DNA of 50,565 nt from Rickettsiales bacterium (GTDB taxonomy: Bacteria; Pseudomonadota; Alphaproteobacteria; Rs-D84), in contig JAIRRC010000016.1 in NCBI GenBank assembly GCA_031256175.1, positions 1 through 50,565 on the forward strand. The letters are read 5' to 3'. Positions 1 through 9,002 of this stretch are shown piece by piece (position 1 is the first letter of the stretch; every line of letters begins with the position of its first letter). The position numbers and the translations under genes were made by a program. Under the pieces are notes generated by a model. It was not told the DNA's origin and searched no databases. It saw only the letters and a list, made by a program, of their open reading frames with translations.

Positions 1-530
1 GCCACGATTTCGCGCTTCGATTCATAAGTGCATTCATTCTCGACGCCGTCATGGTATTTGAAGTCCGTGATTTTATCGCCGAACCAGACGCTGTGCAATC
101 CATGATTCACGACAATATCGTTCCATTTATAATTTTGTCGCAGCGACGAAGGTTCGGAATTCAGAAAATCCAAAGTTTCCTTATCCATAGAAACGATTTC
201 GGCGCCCGCGTATCGCGTCAAATCGGTTTCGCTGTTCGCGCGCAGGTGCAAGTCCAGCATGAACGGAAATCTGCTTATGAACGGCGCCGCGTTTTCCGGA
301 AGCATGCCTTCGCCGTCGTCGCAAATCACGGCAAGGCGCCGCTTGGTGTCCGCGTTTCTTATGACGTCGCCGTCCCTTGCGACAAGCGCTATATAGCCCA
401 GCCGATATTTCATGCACTTGGGCATAAACGGATAGACGTCGTTGTTATCAAGCTTTGGGTTTTCCATAAGATATTTCAAGACCAAACCGGTCATCGGATT
501 ATATGTGTGGCCGCCGATAAATATTGCCAT
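1..530 (-). CDS. Hypothetical protein, runs off the left edge (MAIFIGGHTYNPMTGLVLKY...)
   Basis: Manually translated; open from ATG at 530 to position 1 with no stop; AAGGAG ribosome-binding site just upstream. Absent from the ORF track because it has no stop in the window. Confidence 0.7.
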   Translation of the reverse strand, partial: MAIFIGGHTYNPMTGLVLKYLMENPKLDNNDVYPFMPKCMKYRLGYIALVARDGDVIRNADTKRRLAVICDDGEGMLPENAAPFISRFPFMLDLHLRANSETDLTRYAGAEIVSMDKETLDFLNSEPSSLRQNYKWNDIVVNHGLHSVWFGDKITDFKYHDGVENECTYESKREIV

Positions 531-723
531 GTTGGACTCCTTTTTATACTGCTAATATAGCGCGGGGATTTATTTTGTCAAGGGTATTATTCTGCTGTCG
601 GAATGATATGTTTCGTAATTTGGGTTATTTTGTAAGAAAATACTTGAAATATTGCTGTATTATTCCTATAATGGTTCCGAATGGGCAAAAAGGAGCCGCC
701 AGGGGCGGCGAATTTATATACAA

Positions 724-749
724 TGGACCCCGGCCTTCGCCGGGGTGAC
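724..749. repeat. REP-like palindrome (CGTC-tagged type), copy 1
   Basis: TGGACCCCGGC-CTTC-GCCGGGGTGAC; reverse strand begins CGTC (750..747); related to 41559..41584 with compensatory stem changes. Confidence 0.7.
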
Positions 750-760
750 GAGGTAATGAA

Positions 761-2137
761 ATGCAATTTATCGGTGTGAAAGAGGCAAGTTCAAGATGGG
801 GCATAACACCGCGGCGCGTTGTGTCGCTTATTCGCGCGGGGCGAATTGCGGGCGCCGCGCGAAACGGCAACGCCTGGCAGATTCCGTCCGATGCGGTGAA
901 ACCCTATGACAAGCGCGCGCGTTATTCCGTTTATGAAAAAAAGCAGAAGCGCGTCGTCGTCGCCGGAATTTGCGGCGGCATCGGCTTGGCGCTCTCGCGA
1001 ATTTTATTGGACGCCGGATATTCCATCATCGGGCTTTATGAAAACGGCATTGCTGTGCCGGAAGAACTTCGCCGGCCCGAGATTAGTCTTATTCCGGTAG
1101 ATTATTTTTCGCGCGATTCATTAATGGCGGCGACCGAACAAATAACCGGCTATCTGGACGGCTTCGTGTTCCTGGAAATTTTCTTCGACATGGAAGATGT
1201 TCTTAACTTCGACTACGACGCGTTCGAGAAATCCTTCAAGGGCAATGTTTTCGCGATGAACCTGCTGGTGCGTGAGCTGGTCAAAAAAATGAACTATCAA
1301 TCCAGCATAGTAATCCAAAACTCGGTCGAGGCGATGCGCGGTTCTTTCGGCGCCAGCGCTTATGCCGCGACCCAGGCGGCGAAGGAAAACCTTATCAAAA
1401 CTTTTTCCAATATATTTTCCGAGCTTTACGGCGTTCGCATAAACTCCGTCATGGCGGGATGGATTAGCGGCGTCGTTTCCGACGACAATCTTTTCGACAA
1501 GGGCAGGCGGTCGACGGCTTTGAAGCGCCTGGGCCAGCCGGACGAAATCGCGGACGACGTGTTCATCATGCTGACGCGACATAAATACACGACCGGAACT
1601 TGTCTTGTTTCCGATGGCGGATACCTCGCGATGGACGAGCAATCGCGTTCGGAAGACCTTGGCACCGGAAAATTCTACGTTTGGCTTCACAAGTTTTTTT
1701 CGGGCGCCTTAAAGGGCGACAAGATTTGGGCGGTTTCGACCATGATGGACAACGAATGGAACGACGACGCGATGGAGCGGCAATTCAAGCAGGACAATCT
1801 CGACGCGGTTCAACGCGGCGTGAAATTGTCGCGCATATTCCTTTTTCCCGCCAAGAATCTGCGGAAATTTCGAAAGAATCCGAATGTAGTCGCTTATTCC
1901 GCGAACAAAAACGTCGACGCCGCCTGGGTCGACCTTGATAAGATTCGCGCGGACGCGCCGGAAATTATGGAAGTTGTCGGCGACGGATGGGTCGGCATAA
2001 ACGACGACGTGCTTCTTGTCGATTTGCCAAGCGGCCGGTATGGCGAATCCCGAGGCTATGCCACAATGAACAAGCGCGAAATCGCGCGCGCAAGGTCGGC
2101 GTTTATGGCGCTTAAAAAATTCGCGCAGGCCTTCTAA
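761..2137 (+). CDS. Fusion: N-terminal excisionase-like HTH + SDR-family Rossmann domain + uncharacterised C-terminal domain
   Basis: VKEASSRWGITPRRVVSLIRAGRIAGA...WQIP (HTH); VVVAGICGGIG dinucleotide-binding motif; NS...YAATQ at the YxxxK position; extra ~160-aa C-terminus. Confidence 0.8.
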   Translation: MQFIGVKEASSRWGITPRRVVSLIRAGRIAGAARNGNAWQIPSDAVKPYDKRARYSVYEKKQKRVVVAGICGGIGLALSRILLDAGYSIIGLYENGIAVPEELRRPEISLIPVDYFSRDSLMAATEQITGYLDGFVFLEIFFDMEDVLNFDYDAFEKSFKGNVFAMNLLVRELVKKMNYQSSIVIQNSVEAMRGSFGASAYAATQAAKENLIKTFSNIFSELYGVRINSVMAGWISGVVSDDNLFDKGRRSTALKRLGQPDEIADDVFIMLTRHKYTTGTCLVSDGGYLAMDEQSRSEDLGTGKFYVWLHKFFSGALKGDKIWAVSTMMDNEWNDDAMERQFKQDNLDAVQRGVKLSRIFLFPAKNLRKFRKNPNVVAYSANKNVDAAWVDLDKIRADAPEIMEVVGDGWVGINDDVLLVDLPSGRYGESRGYATMNKREIARARSAFMALKKFAQAF

Positions 2138-2214
2138 CTTATATCAGAATAAGACTTGAAAACGGCGCGCGGATATGATTGAATTCCTTTCGTGATATAA
2201 CGAGAGGCCGCTTC

Positions 2215-3573
2215 ATGAACATCATTATCGTTTCCTTGTGCGCTTATTTGGCCGTGGTTTTCGGCATCGCTTGGCTTAACGGCAGAAAGCAGAGTCTGGA
2301 CAGCTATTATTTGAACGAAAAGTCCACGGGACTTTTCCTGCTGACCATATCGATAGTGGCGACCGCGGTCGGTGGCGGCGCGATTGTCGGAACGATTTCG
2401 TCGTTTTACAAGACCGGCACATTGATGTATGGCATGCTGCTGCTGGCGACGAACGCGCTGGGCTTTCTATCAGTCGCGCTGGTCGCGCGAAAGATAAAGG
2501 CGTTCGGAGTCCGGCACAATCTGCGCTCTATCGTGGATTTCTTCGGCGTCCGGTTCGGCGCGAAGAACAAAAAGCTGATGCTGGTTCTTCAAATGGTATT
2601 TTTGCTGCCCCTGAACGCGCTGCAAATGCTGGCGGCCAGCGCCCTTCTTGCCGTCCTTTTGGGCATTCCGCTTCTGCCCGCGCTGGCGCTTGTCAGTTTG
2701 TCCACGCTTATATATTCCAGCGTGGGCGGGATGAAGACGAACGTATGGACCGACTTTTTCCAGTTCTTCGTGATAATCTCTATTTTCATCGCGATGGCCG
2801 CCATCGCATGGACGACCATACCGAGCTTCGCCGGATTGGTGCAGTCGGCGCCGGTCAACGCGTTCAATCCCTTCGCGGCGAACGGCACGGCCTGGTTTTT
2901 GGTGATGGCGTCGGCGGGCGGCTTCGCCCAGCTGGCGGCGCCTTATGTATGGCAGCAGATTCTTTCGGCAAGGGACGAAAAGACCGCGGTTCGAAGCGTG
3001 CTGTTCGCCGTTCCCATCGTCGCCGCGATTTTGGGGCTGGTGGCGTTTCTTGGGCTTTATGCGGTCGTGAATATGCCGATGTCGGGATATTACGACACGG
3101 CGTTCTTCTCGCTAATCGAGACACTGCTGCCCAAAGCGCTGGCGGGCATAGGATTCGCGGCGCTTTTCGCGGCCGTCATGTCGACGTCGGACAGCATTCT
3201 TCTCGCAGGCTCGACTATAATTTTCGGCGAGCTCGTCAAAAAGAACAAAAAGCGCAACCGCATTTTTTACGCGCGTCTGACATCCATCGGGTTCGGCGCG
3301 GCAAGCATAGCCATAGCGGCCCTGTTCCCAAGCGTCGTCAGCCTTGGGCTTTACACCATCGCGGTTTTGTTTATTTCCAGTCCGGCGGTGCTTGCTGCGT
3401 TCTATTCCAAGAAGATTTCGAACGACGCCGTTTTCTGGTCGCGCCTGGTTCCGCTGGCCGTTCTGTTCATAGCATATTATCATATAGGCGCGCAGGCGAT
3501 TATGATAACGGCGCCGCTCGGCCTTATTATGCTGTTCCTATACGACCCGGTTGCCAAACTTGTCCGGCGATGA
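2215..3573 (+). CDS. Sodium:solute symporter (SSS) family permease
   Basis: About 13 hydrophobic segments; ATAVGGGAIVG, GGMKTNVWTDFFQ, AAVMSTSDS motifs. ATG 2215 preferred (GAGG upstream) over TTG 2179. Confidence 0.9.
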   Translation: MNIIIVSLCAYLAVVFGIAWLNGRKQSLDSYYLNEKSTGLFLLTISIVATAVGGGAIVGTISSFYKTGTLMYGMLLLATNALGFLSVALVARKIKAFGVRHNLRSIVDFFGVRFGAKNKKLMLVLQMVFLLPLNALQMLAASALLAVLLGIPLLPALALVSLSTLIYSSVGGMKTNVWTDFFQFFVIISIFIAMAAIAWTTIPSFAGLVQSAPVNAFNPFAANGTAWFLVMASAGGFAQLAAPYVWQQILSARDEKTAVRSVLFAVPIVAAILGLVAFLGLYAVVNMPMSGYYDTAFFSLIETLLPKALAGIGFAALFAAVMSTSDSILLAGSTIIFGELVKKNKKRNRIFYARLTSIGFGAASIAIAALFPSVVSLGLYTIAVLFISSPAVLAAFYSKKISNDAVFWSRLVPLAVLFIAYYHIGAQAIMITAPLGLIMLFLYDPVAKLVRR

Positions 3574-3640
3574 AAAGGGCGTTTTGATTCAGCCGCGGCT
3601 TGTGATATAATGCCTATTATCCAAATAATGGGAAAACCGC

Positions 3641-5422
3641 ATGAAAAAACTAGATTTGTTTCCGAAGACGATACTGGGATTCTACTGGTGGCTGTCGAAA
3701 AGATTCTGGATTTATGTATCCGCGCTGATGATTCTTTACACCATCAACGAAGTGCTGGGCGGAATTCTTCCGGCGCTGACGGTTCGCTGGCTTGTCGACG
3801 GAATCGAAACCGCCAACGCCGACGCGCCGCTTATCCAGCATATGCTGCCGGTGCTGGGCCTTATCGCGGCGCTTCATTTGGTTTATCTGATGGCGGACAT
3901 AGTGTCGTCCTATCTTCGCGGCCACTACTCGCCCATCATAAAATCGAAAGTCGCAGATGTCATTTACCGCCGCCTGTCGCGCCAGACCATCGCCTTCTTC
4001 AAGGACAATTCCGCGGGCTTTCTGGTAGAGCAGGCCGGATACATATACAACAAGTATCAGAAAATCGCAATCGACCATGTGAATGAAATTTTTTCGCTCG
4101 CGATGGCCATCGCCATAAACGCCGCCTTGCTTTCCAAGGTTCACTGGATGGTCGCGACTTTGTTCGCCGTCTGCGCGGGCGTGCGTCTTGGTCATTGCGC
4201 GCTTAACGTGAAGAACCTTTGGACCAGCGGAAAGAAGGCTTCAAAAATCGGCGCACAGGTTACGGCAAGCTATGTCGACAGCATTTCGAACTTCATGAAC
4301 ATAAAGCTTTTCAGCCGACGCGACGTCGAGGCGCGCTATCTGAACAAGGTCCGCGGAACGCACAACAACGCGCGCCAAATCGCAAGCTATTACGAGCGGA
4401 AATTCTGGATAATGCCCTTCACGTTCGAGAACATGTGTTTAATCGGCCTTTCGGTCATGCTGGTTTGGCTTTACACAACCGGCGATTTGAAGCTGGGCGA
4501 TATCGCGTTCGCTTTCATGTCGTTCGGAACGATGATGGGCCTTGTGCGGCGCACGACCTGGAAGCTGCCCGACATCGCGGGCGACTTGGCCGACGTAACG
4601 CAGGCCTATAAAAGCATAGCCCAGCCCATTATGATAAAGGACGCGTGCGACGCGAAATGTCTAAGCCTTAAAAAAGGTCAAATCGATTTCAGGGATGTTT
4701 CGTTCAAATACAGCGACGACGGGCCGAATCTGTTCAACCATCTGAACCTTAGCATAGCGCCCGGCGAAAAGGTCGGAATCGTCGGCCTTTCCGGCGGCGG
4801 CAAAAGCACGCTGCTTTATCTGCTTATGCGCCTGTATGACATAAGCGGCGGCAAAATCTGCATCGACGGAAAGGATATTCGCAATGTAACCCAGGATTCC
4901 TTGCGCGGAAACATCTCCTTCGTGCCGCAGGAAAGCGTTTTGTTCAACCGGACGCTTGCCGAAAATATTTCCTATGGTTCCATCGGCGCGAAGAAGACCG
5001 ACATAGTGAAGGCCGCGAAATCCGCCTGCGCGCACGATTTCATCATGAAGATGGAGCAGGGGTATGACACGCCAGTCGGCGACCGCGGGATAAAACTTTC
5101 GGGCGGGCAGAGGCAGCGCGTCGCGATTTCGCGCACCATTTGCAAGAACGCGCCCATCGTCGTCATGGACGAGGCGACTTCGGCGCTGGACTCCAAAACC
5201 GAAACGATAATTCAGAATTCGATGAAGAAGTTCCTGGACGGAAAGACCGCGCTGGTCGTCGCGCACAGGTTGTCGACTTTGCGCCAGATGAATCGCATCA
5301 TCGTTCTTGATAAAGGCAGAATCGTGGAAGAGGGCACGCATGCCGAGCTTCTCAAAAAGAAGAATGGCATATATGCGAATCTTTGGCGCCTTCAAGTCGA
5401 CGGCTTCATCAGCCCGAAGTAA
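3641..5422 (+). CDS. ABC transporter, fused permease/ATPase (MsbA/Atm1-like exporter)
   Basis: N-terminal TM domain; Walker A GLSGGGKS; signature LSGGQRQR; Walker B VVMDEATSALD; H-loop VAHRLST. Confidence 0.95.
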   Translation: MKKLDLFPKTILGFYWWLSKRFWIYVSALMILYTINEVLGGILPALTVRWLVDGIETANADAPLIQHMLPVLGLIAALHLVYLMADIVSSYLRGHYSPIIKSKVADVIYRRLSRQTIAFFKDNSAGFLVEQAGYIYNKYQKIAIDHVNEIFSLAMAIAINAALLSKVHWMVATLFAVCAGVRLGHCALNVKNLWTSGKKASKIGAQVTASYVDSISNFMNIKLFSRRDVEARYLNKVRGTHNNARQIASYYERKFWIMPFTFENMCLIGLSVMLVWLYTTGDLKLGDIAFAFMSFGTMMGLVRRTTWKLPDIAGDLADVTQAYKSIAQPIMIKDACDAKCLSLKKGQIDFRDVSFKYSDDGPNLFNHLNLSIAPGEKVGIVGLSGGGKSTLLYLLMRLYDISGGKICIDGKDIRNVTQDSLRGNISFVPQESVLFNRTLAENISYGSIGAKKTDIVKAAKSACAHDFIMKMEQGYDTPVGDRGIKLSGGQRQRVAISRTICKNAPIVVMDEATSALDSKTETIIQNSMKKFLDGKTALVVAHRLSTLRQMNRIIVLDKGRIVEEGTHAELLKKKNGIYANLWRLQVDGFISPK

Positions 5423-5478
5423 GGACAAAAAATCCAAGCGGGAATTTTCATTTTTGGTCTATAACGCCGATTAGCTTC

Positions 5479-5530
5479 GCAAAACCACCCGTCGCGGCAG
5501 CCTTTAAGGCCAGACGCCGGGTGGTTTTGC
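5479..5530. terminator. Long hairpin after the ABC gene, probable terminator
   Basis: 12-bp inverted repeat GCAAAACCACCC / GGGTGGTTTTGC enclosing an inner GCC-TTTAA-GGC hairpin. Confidence 0.5.
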
Positions 5531-5607
5531 TGGCTTCTCGACGTTCTATCCTCAAAAATGCGTTCCCGCTAAGGATTTTTTGGAGTTATTAATTGTCTAT
5601 AAGATAC

Positions 5608-5636
5608 TTGACAAAATAGATAGTAGGTATTATATT
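5608..5636 (+). promoter_or_regulatory. Sigma70-type promoter of the NUDIX gene
   Basis: TTGACA-N17-TATATT, followed by an AAGGAGG ribosome-binding site before ATG 5666. Confidence 0.75.
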
Positions 5637-5665
5637 TGCCTTAACTTATAAAAAAGGAGGGCGAA

Positions 5666-6427
5666 ATGCCTGCGAACATCATAAGTCCGAAATTAAAGCC
5701 AAGGCCCGAAAATCCAGAAGAAATACTTTCGAATCCGGACTACACCATTTTCGATTCCTATCACAACTATGCCTATGCGCTCGGCCGCTGGGCCGATACT
5801 ACCGGCACAGACCCGAAGGATAAATCCGATTCCAACAACGATATGCTCCGCGTTCTGACCCCAAGCGGAATAGACACCGGCTTCATCGCCCCGCGCGGGT
5901 TCGTCCATTTCGAAGGGCTTTACCATGACGCCGTTATCATCGCGCTCGTCGCGCTGCTGAAAAACGCCAAGAGCGTCAATATGAACGGGCAGGAAATCAC
6001 GACCAGAACCGTGCTTATGCAGCAAAGGGCGAAGGACAAAGGCAAGCATCCGAACAAGTGGGACATATCGGTCGCCGCGCACGTGCTGGCCCAGGATATT
6101 CTGCCAAGCAACGGAATTTACCGCGAGCTTGCGGAAGAGCTCGACGCGCGGCTTCCGGAAGACATCCAGATGCGCGACTTCCAGCACTTCAAATCCTTCA
6201 TCAAGCAGGAAGTCATTTCGGGAAACAACCTCGAGAACCAGTATTACCACGGCTATGTCTTCTATGTCGACCCGACCGCGCTGGACATAAAATATCCCGA
6301 CAAGGAAGTCCAGGCTTCGAAGTATGTGTCGCTTCCCGAAATCCGCGAGATGGCCAATAAAGACCTGCTTCATCCGCGGACCGAATGGATAGAGCCGCTG
6401 GCCGGCGCAATCCTTAGGATTCGATAA
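5666..6427 (+). CDS. NUDIX hydrolase, IPP isomerase type 1/YfcD-like
   Basis: GLYH, VLMQQRAKDKGKHPNKWDISVAAHV and RELAEELD Nudix-box-like segment; EVQASKYV tail motif. Confidence 0.75.
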   Translation: MPANIISPKLKPRPENPEEILSNPDYTIFDSYHNYAYALGRWADTTGTDPKDKSDSNNDMLRVLTPSGIDTGFIAPRGFVHFEGLYHDAVIIALVALLKNAKSVNMNGQEITTRTVLMQQRAKDKGKHPNKWDISVAAHVLAQDILPSNGIYRELAEELDARLPEDIQMRDFQHFKSFIKQEVISGNNLENQYYHGYVFYVDPTALDIKYPDKEVQASKYVSLPEIREMANKDLLHPRTEWIEPLAGAILRIR

Positions 6428-6470
6428 AACCCTTGAAAAACCAAATTAGTCTGATATAGTGTCCGGCGAC

Positions 6471-6560
6471 GGACGGGTGGCAGAGCGGTTGATTGTACCG
6501 CACTCGAAATGCGGCATACTCGCAAGGGTATCGTGGGTTCAAATCCCACCCCGTCCGCCA
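6471..6560 (+). tRNA. tRNA-Ser(CGA)
   Basis: Acceptor GGACGGG/CCCGTCC, discriminator G, encoded CCA; anticodon arm CCGCA-CTCGAAA-TGCGG; long variable arm; GTTCAAATC T-loop. Confidence 0.97.
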
Positions 6561-6676
6561 GAATGTTTCCGTGCGTCATCCTTCGTTCCCTCGCGAGGCG
6601 CACCAACAATTCGCCACTAACAACGCGGCTCATTGGGTGCTTGTTCGCTCGTGCTCAAATCCCACCCCGTCCGCCA
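6561..6676 (+). mobile_element. tRNA-linked 94-bp structured element plus exact 22-bp duplicate of the tRNA-Ser 3' end
   Basis: 6655..6676 is identical to 6539..6560; internal sequence is homologous to 41186..41278 and 41380..41474. Mobility is inferred, not shown. Confidence 0.75.
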
Positions 6677-6737
6677 TCCGCCTTCGCTTACGCTCCGGCG
6701 CGATTGGCGAAACAAATCGGGGCGGCGGTTTTTAGGC
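6671..6737 (+). repeat. 67-bp direct repeat, copy 1 (terminator-like multi-hairpin)
   Basis: Matches 8003..8069 with 3 mismatches; starts with the tRNA end CCGCCA and finishes in a GC stem plus T-run. Confidence 0.9.
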
Positions 6738-6777
6738 AAACCTATATCTAGCCCCAAAGTTGATAGTCAACAGGGCG

Positions 6778-7281
6778 TCAGTTGGAAGGTTCTTTCAGGA
6801 TACCCTCCCTTAGCAAGGCGTCTTCAAGAAATTCATATTGTTTAAGGATAATCTTTTTATTAGGTTCGGCCAACATTTCTTTTGCATCTTTTTCAAGATT
6901 TTCCTCTATCCTTTGCAGGAACGCGTCATTGTTTCCCCTTTGCTTTGCCCTTCGTTTATATTCTTCTTTGCTATATATATTTGGAACGGCCAAAATGCAA
7001 TCCACACCTCTTTCCCTAAGCAAGTCATAAATAATTTTGCCCGGAGCTACCAAAACAACTTCGTATTTTTTCATGGCTTCGATAACCGCGTCGACATAAT
7101 TGTTCGGCCAATACGGATTTATTTCTCTTTGAGTGGATTTCAAGGATTCTGGTGGCATACTTTTCTGTTCATCAGTTAACAGATACTTATAATTCCCGCT
7201 TGCGATTTCTGTAACATTTTTATAATTTTCTATGATAAATGTTTTGCCCGCGCAAATCCACGCACTAATCACAAAACTCAT
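6778..7281 (-). CDS. Hypothetical P-loop nucleotide-kinase-like protein
   Basis: SAWICAGKT Walker-A-like N-terminus; ATG 7281 with AAGGA upstream, 1 nt after the fic stop; AT-rich; similar layout to 34447..34941. Confidence 0.7.
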   Translation of the reverse strand: MSFVISAWICAGKTFIIENYKNVTEIASGNYKYLLTDEQKSMPPESLKSTQREINPYWPNNYVDAVIEAMKKYEVVLVAPGKIIYDLLRERGVDCILAVPNIYSKEEYKRRAKQRGNNDAFLQRIEENLEKDAKEMLAEPNKKIILKQYEFLEDALLREGILKEPSN

Positions 7282-7282
7282 T

Positions 7283-7888
7283 TTATAGTTCCTTAGTTTT
7301 GAATTCGTCATATCCTTCGTAATAATAGCTGACGTCTATGCCTTTCATGAACAGCTCGCGCTCGTTTGTCCTGCCAGTCAAAGCGCCTTTTAGCAGGTGC
7401 TTTATCTCGGCGCTATTCACGGGACTGCGCTCCATCGCGGAAAGATAGGCCGCCTTGTCTATTTTGTTCCAGTTGACGACCTTCTTCAACTCTTTCTTCA
7501 ATATCAAGTCCAGCCATATACGCGTCGCGCGGCCGTTGCCTTCGCGGAAGGGGTGGGCGATATTCATCTCGACATACTTGTCGACAATCTCGTCGAAGGT
7601 CTTTTGCGGCATTTTGTCGATGTGCTTCAAAGATTGCGGCAGGTGCATGAGTGGAGCGAAACGGAAGCTGCTTTTGGCGATGTTCACGTCGCGTATTTTC
7701 CCGGCAAAGTCGTAAATCCCGCCGAATAGGAACTTGTGTATTTGGCACAAGCCGATGAAGGTGCCGACCTTCACCTTGTCGATTTTTCCGCTATCGAAGA
7801 AAATCCTTGCCTGCTGCTTGCTGATTTTCTCTTCTGTCTTGTTAAGTTCGACCTGATTCGCGATGTTTAATTTGTTTTTCAATACCAT
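7283..7888 (-). CDS. fic: Fic-domain AMPylase, class III (NmFic-like)
   Basis: Catalytic [12 protein letters not shown] and C-terminal inhibitory SYYYEG, which fits (S/T)xxxE(G/N). Confidence 0.93.
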   Translation of the reverse strand: MVLKNKLNIANQVELNKTEEKISKQQARIFFDSGKIDKVKVGTFIGLCQIHKFLFGGIYDFAGKIRDVNIAKSSFRFAPLMHLPQSLKHIDKMPQKTFDEIVDKYVEMNIAHPFREGNGRATRIWLDLILKKELKKVVNWNKIDKAAYLSAMERSPVNSAEIKHLLKGALTGRTNERELFMKGIDVSYYYEGYDEFKTKEL

Positions 7889-8002
7889 TTTTTGCGCCCT
7901 CTGAATATACTACATTATAGCCCGGGAAAAACGAGAAATCCATCTTATTATTCGGTAGATTTGGGCATTCTTATATGCCGCCATATACTCAGGAATCCTG
8001 CA

Positions 8003-8069
8003 CCGCCATCCGCCTTCGCTTACGCTCCGGCGCGATTGGCGAAGCAAATCGGGGCGGTGGTTTTCAGGC
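8003..8069 (+). repeat. 67-bp direct repeat, copy 2
   Basis: 64 of 67 positions identical to 6671..6737. Confidence 0.9.
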
Positions 8070-8186
8070 GAATATATAATAATGCCCGAAAGTCGATAGC
8101 CTGATGATAGATGGCTAAATTACACGTTGACAAACGTTTTGTATGGCATAATATGATAAAAAATCCAGAATTATAAGGAATTAGCC

Positions 8187-8636
8187 ATGAATGATTACTT
8201 AAAGAGCAGATACCTTGGAATAACACCCGAAGGCGAAAAAGAAGCGTTTGAAAAAAACATAACCGAATTAAACGGCGACCTTGGAACAAGCCATCAACGA
8301 TATCGCAGAAACATATCTTACGGATGTTCGAAATTCAGAGATATGTTCTTTCAAGCGAATTCTTTATCCGGCAAGTCGGAAAGTTGTTTATTTTTTGCTA
8401 TGATTAAGGAATTGGTGCTCCATAACGACAGAGAATCCGTAGCCATTAACAAAGCCGGAGGAGTATGGCAAGGAATGGTTGAGATTTTTGTATCTCCAAA
8501 TTGCCTGGAAAATAGTTATAATGAAACTCTTGAAAAACTGATGGATGACATATCTAAAAACACGCAAGACGCCGCCGATAATGTTTGCAAATTATGTAAA
8601 ATGATAACCGATTTACGCACGGCAGCCCAGAGATAA
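8187..8636 (+). CDS. Hypothetical protein (AT-rich)
   Basis: 149-aa ORF, AAGGA upstream; no motif recognised. Confidence 0.65.
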   Translation: MNDYLKSRYLGITPEGEKEAFEKNITELNGDLGTSHQRYRRNISYGCSKFRDMFFQANSLSGKSESCLFFAMIKELVLHNDRESVAINKAGGVWQGMVEIFVSPNCLENSYNETLEKLMDDISKNTQDAADNVCKLCKMITDLRTAAQR

Positions 8637-8648
8637 AAGAGCATCGAC

Positions 8649-8930
8649 ATGAAAAAGAAATATCGAAAAACAGCTTTTTTCGCGTTATTGCCCATTGCAG
8701 TTTTGTCGATACCGATTCTTTCCGTAGCATTGGTCGGTTTCCTGTTTTATGCTTTCTTCGCGTTTTTCCCAGAAACCGCGGAACATATATTCAGCTTGTT
8801 CTCCGACCCTTATTGCAACGACGCGCAATGCGGACTTGAAACATTTTTCAACGTATTGATTTTTACGGCTCTGCTATCCATGGTTCCGTTGTTCTTCGCT
8901 GTCCGCCGGATTGCGAACAAATCGAAGTGA
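8649..8930 (+). CDS. Small hypothetical membrane protein (2 TM)
   Basis: Basic N-terminus; two hydrophobic stretches around a CxxxxC loop. Confidence 0.6.
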   Translation: MKKKYRKTAFFALLPIAVLSIPILSVALVGFLFYAFFAFFPETAEHIFSLFSDPYCNDAQCGLETFFNVLIFTALLSMVPLFFAVRRIANKSK

Positions 8931-9002
8931 TTTTCCCCTTGATTTTTTTCGCGCATTCTGCGATTGTCCTCTCAGGAGAGACGGACAAAAAGGTTTGCGC
9001 AA

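Noticed and set aside
6561-6676. tRNA-linked elements as integron attC sites (TAAC motif, hairpins)
   Set aside because: No consistent RYYYAAC...GTTRRRY core pair at the ends, no cassette ORFs between copies, and no intI in the window.
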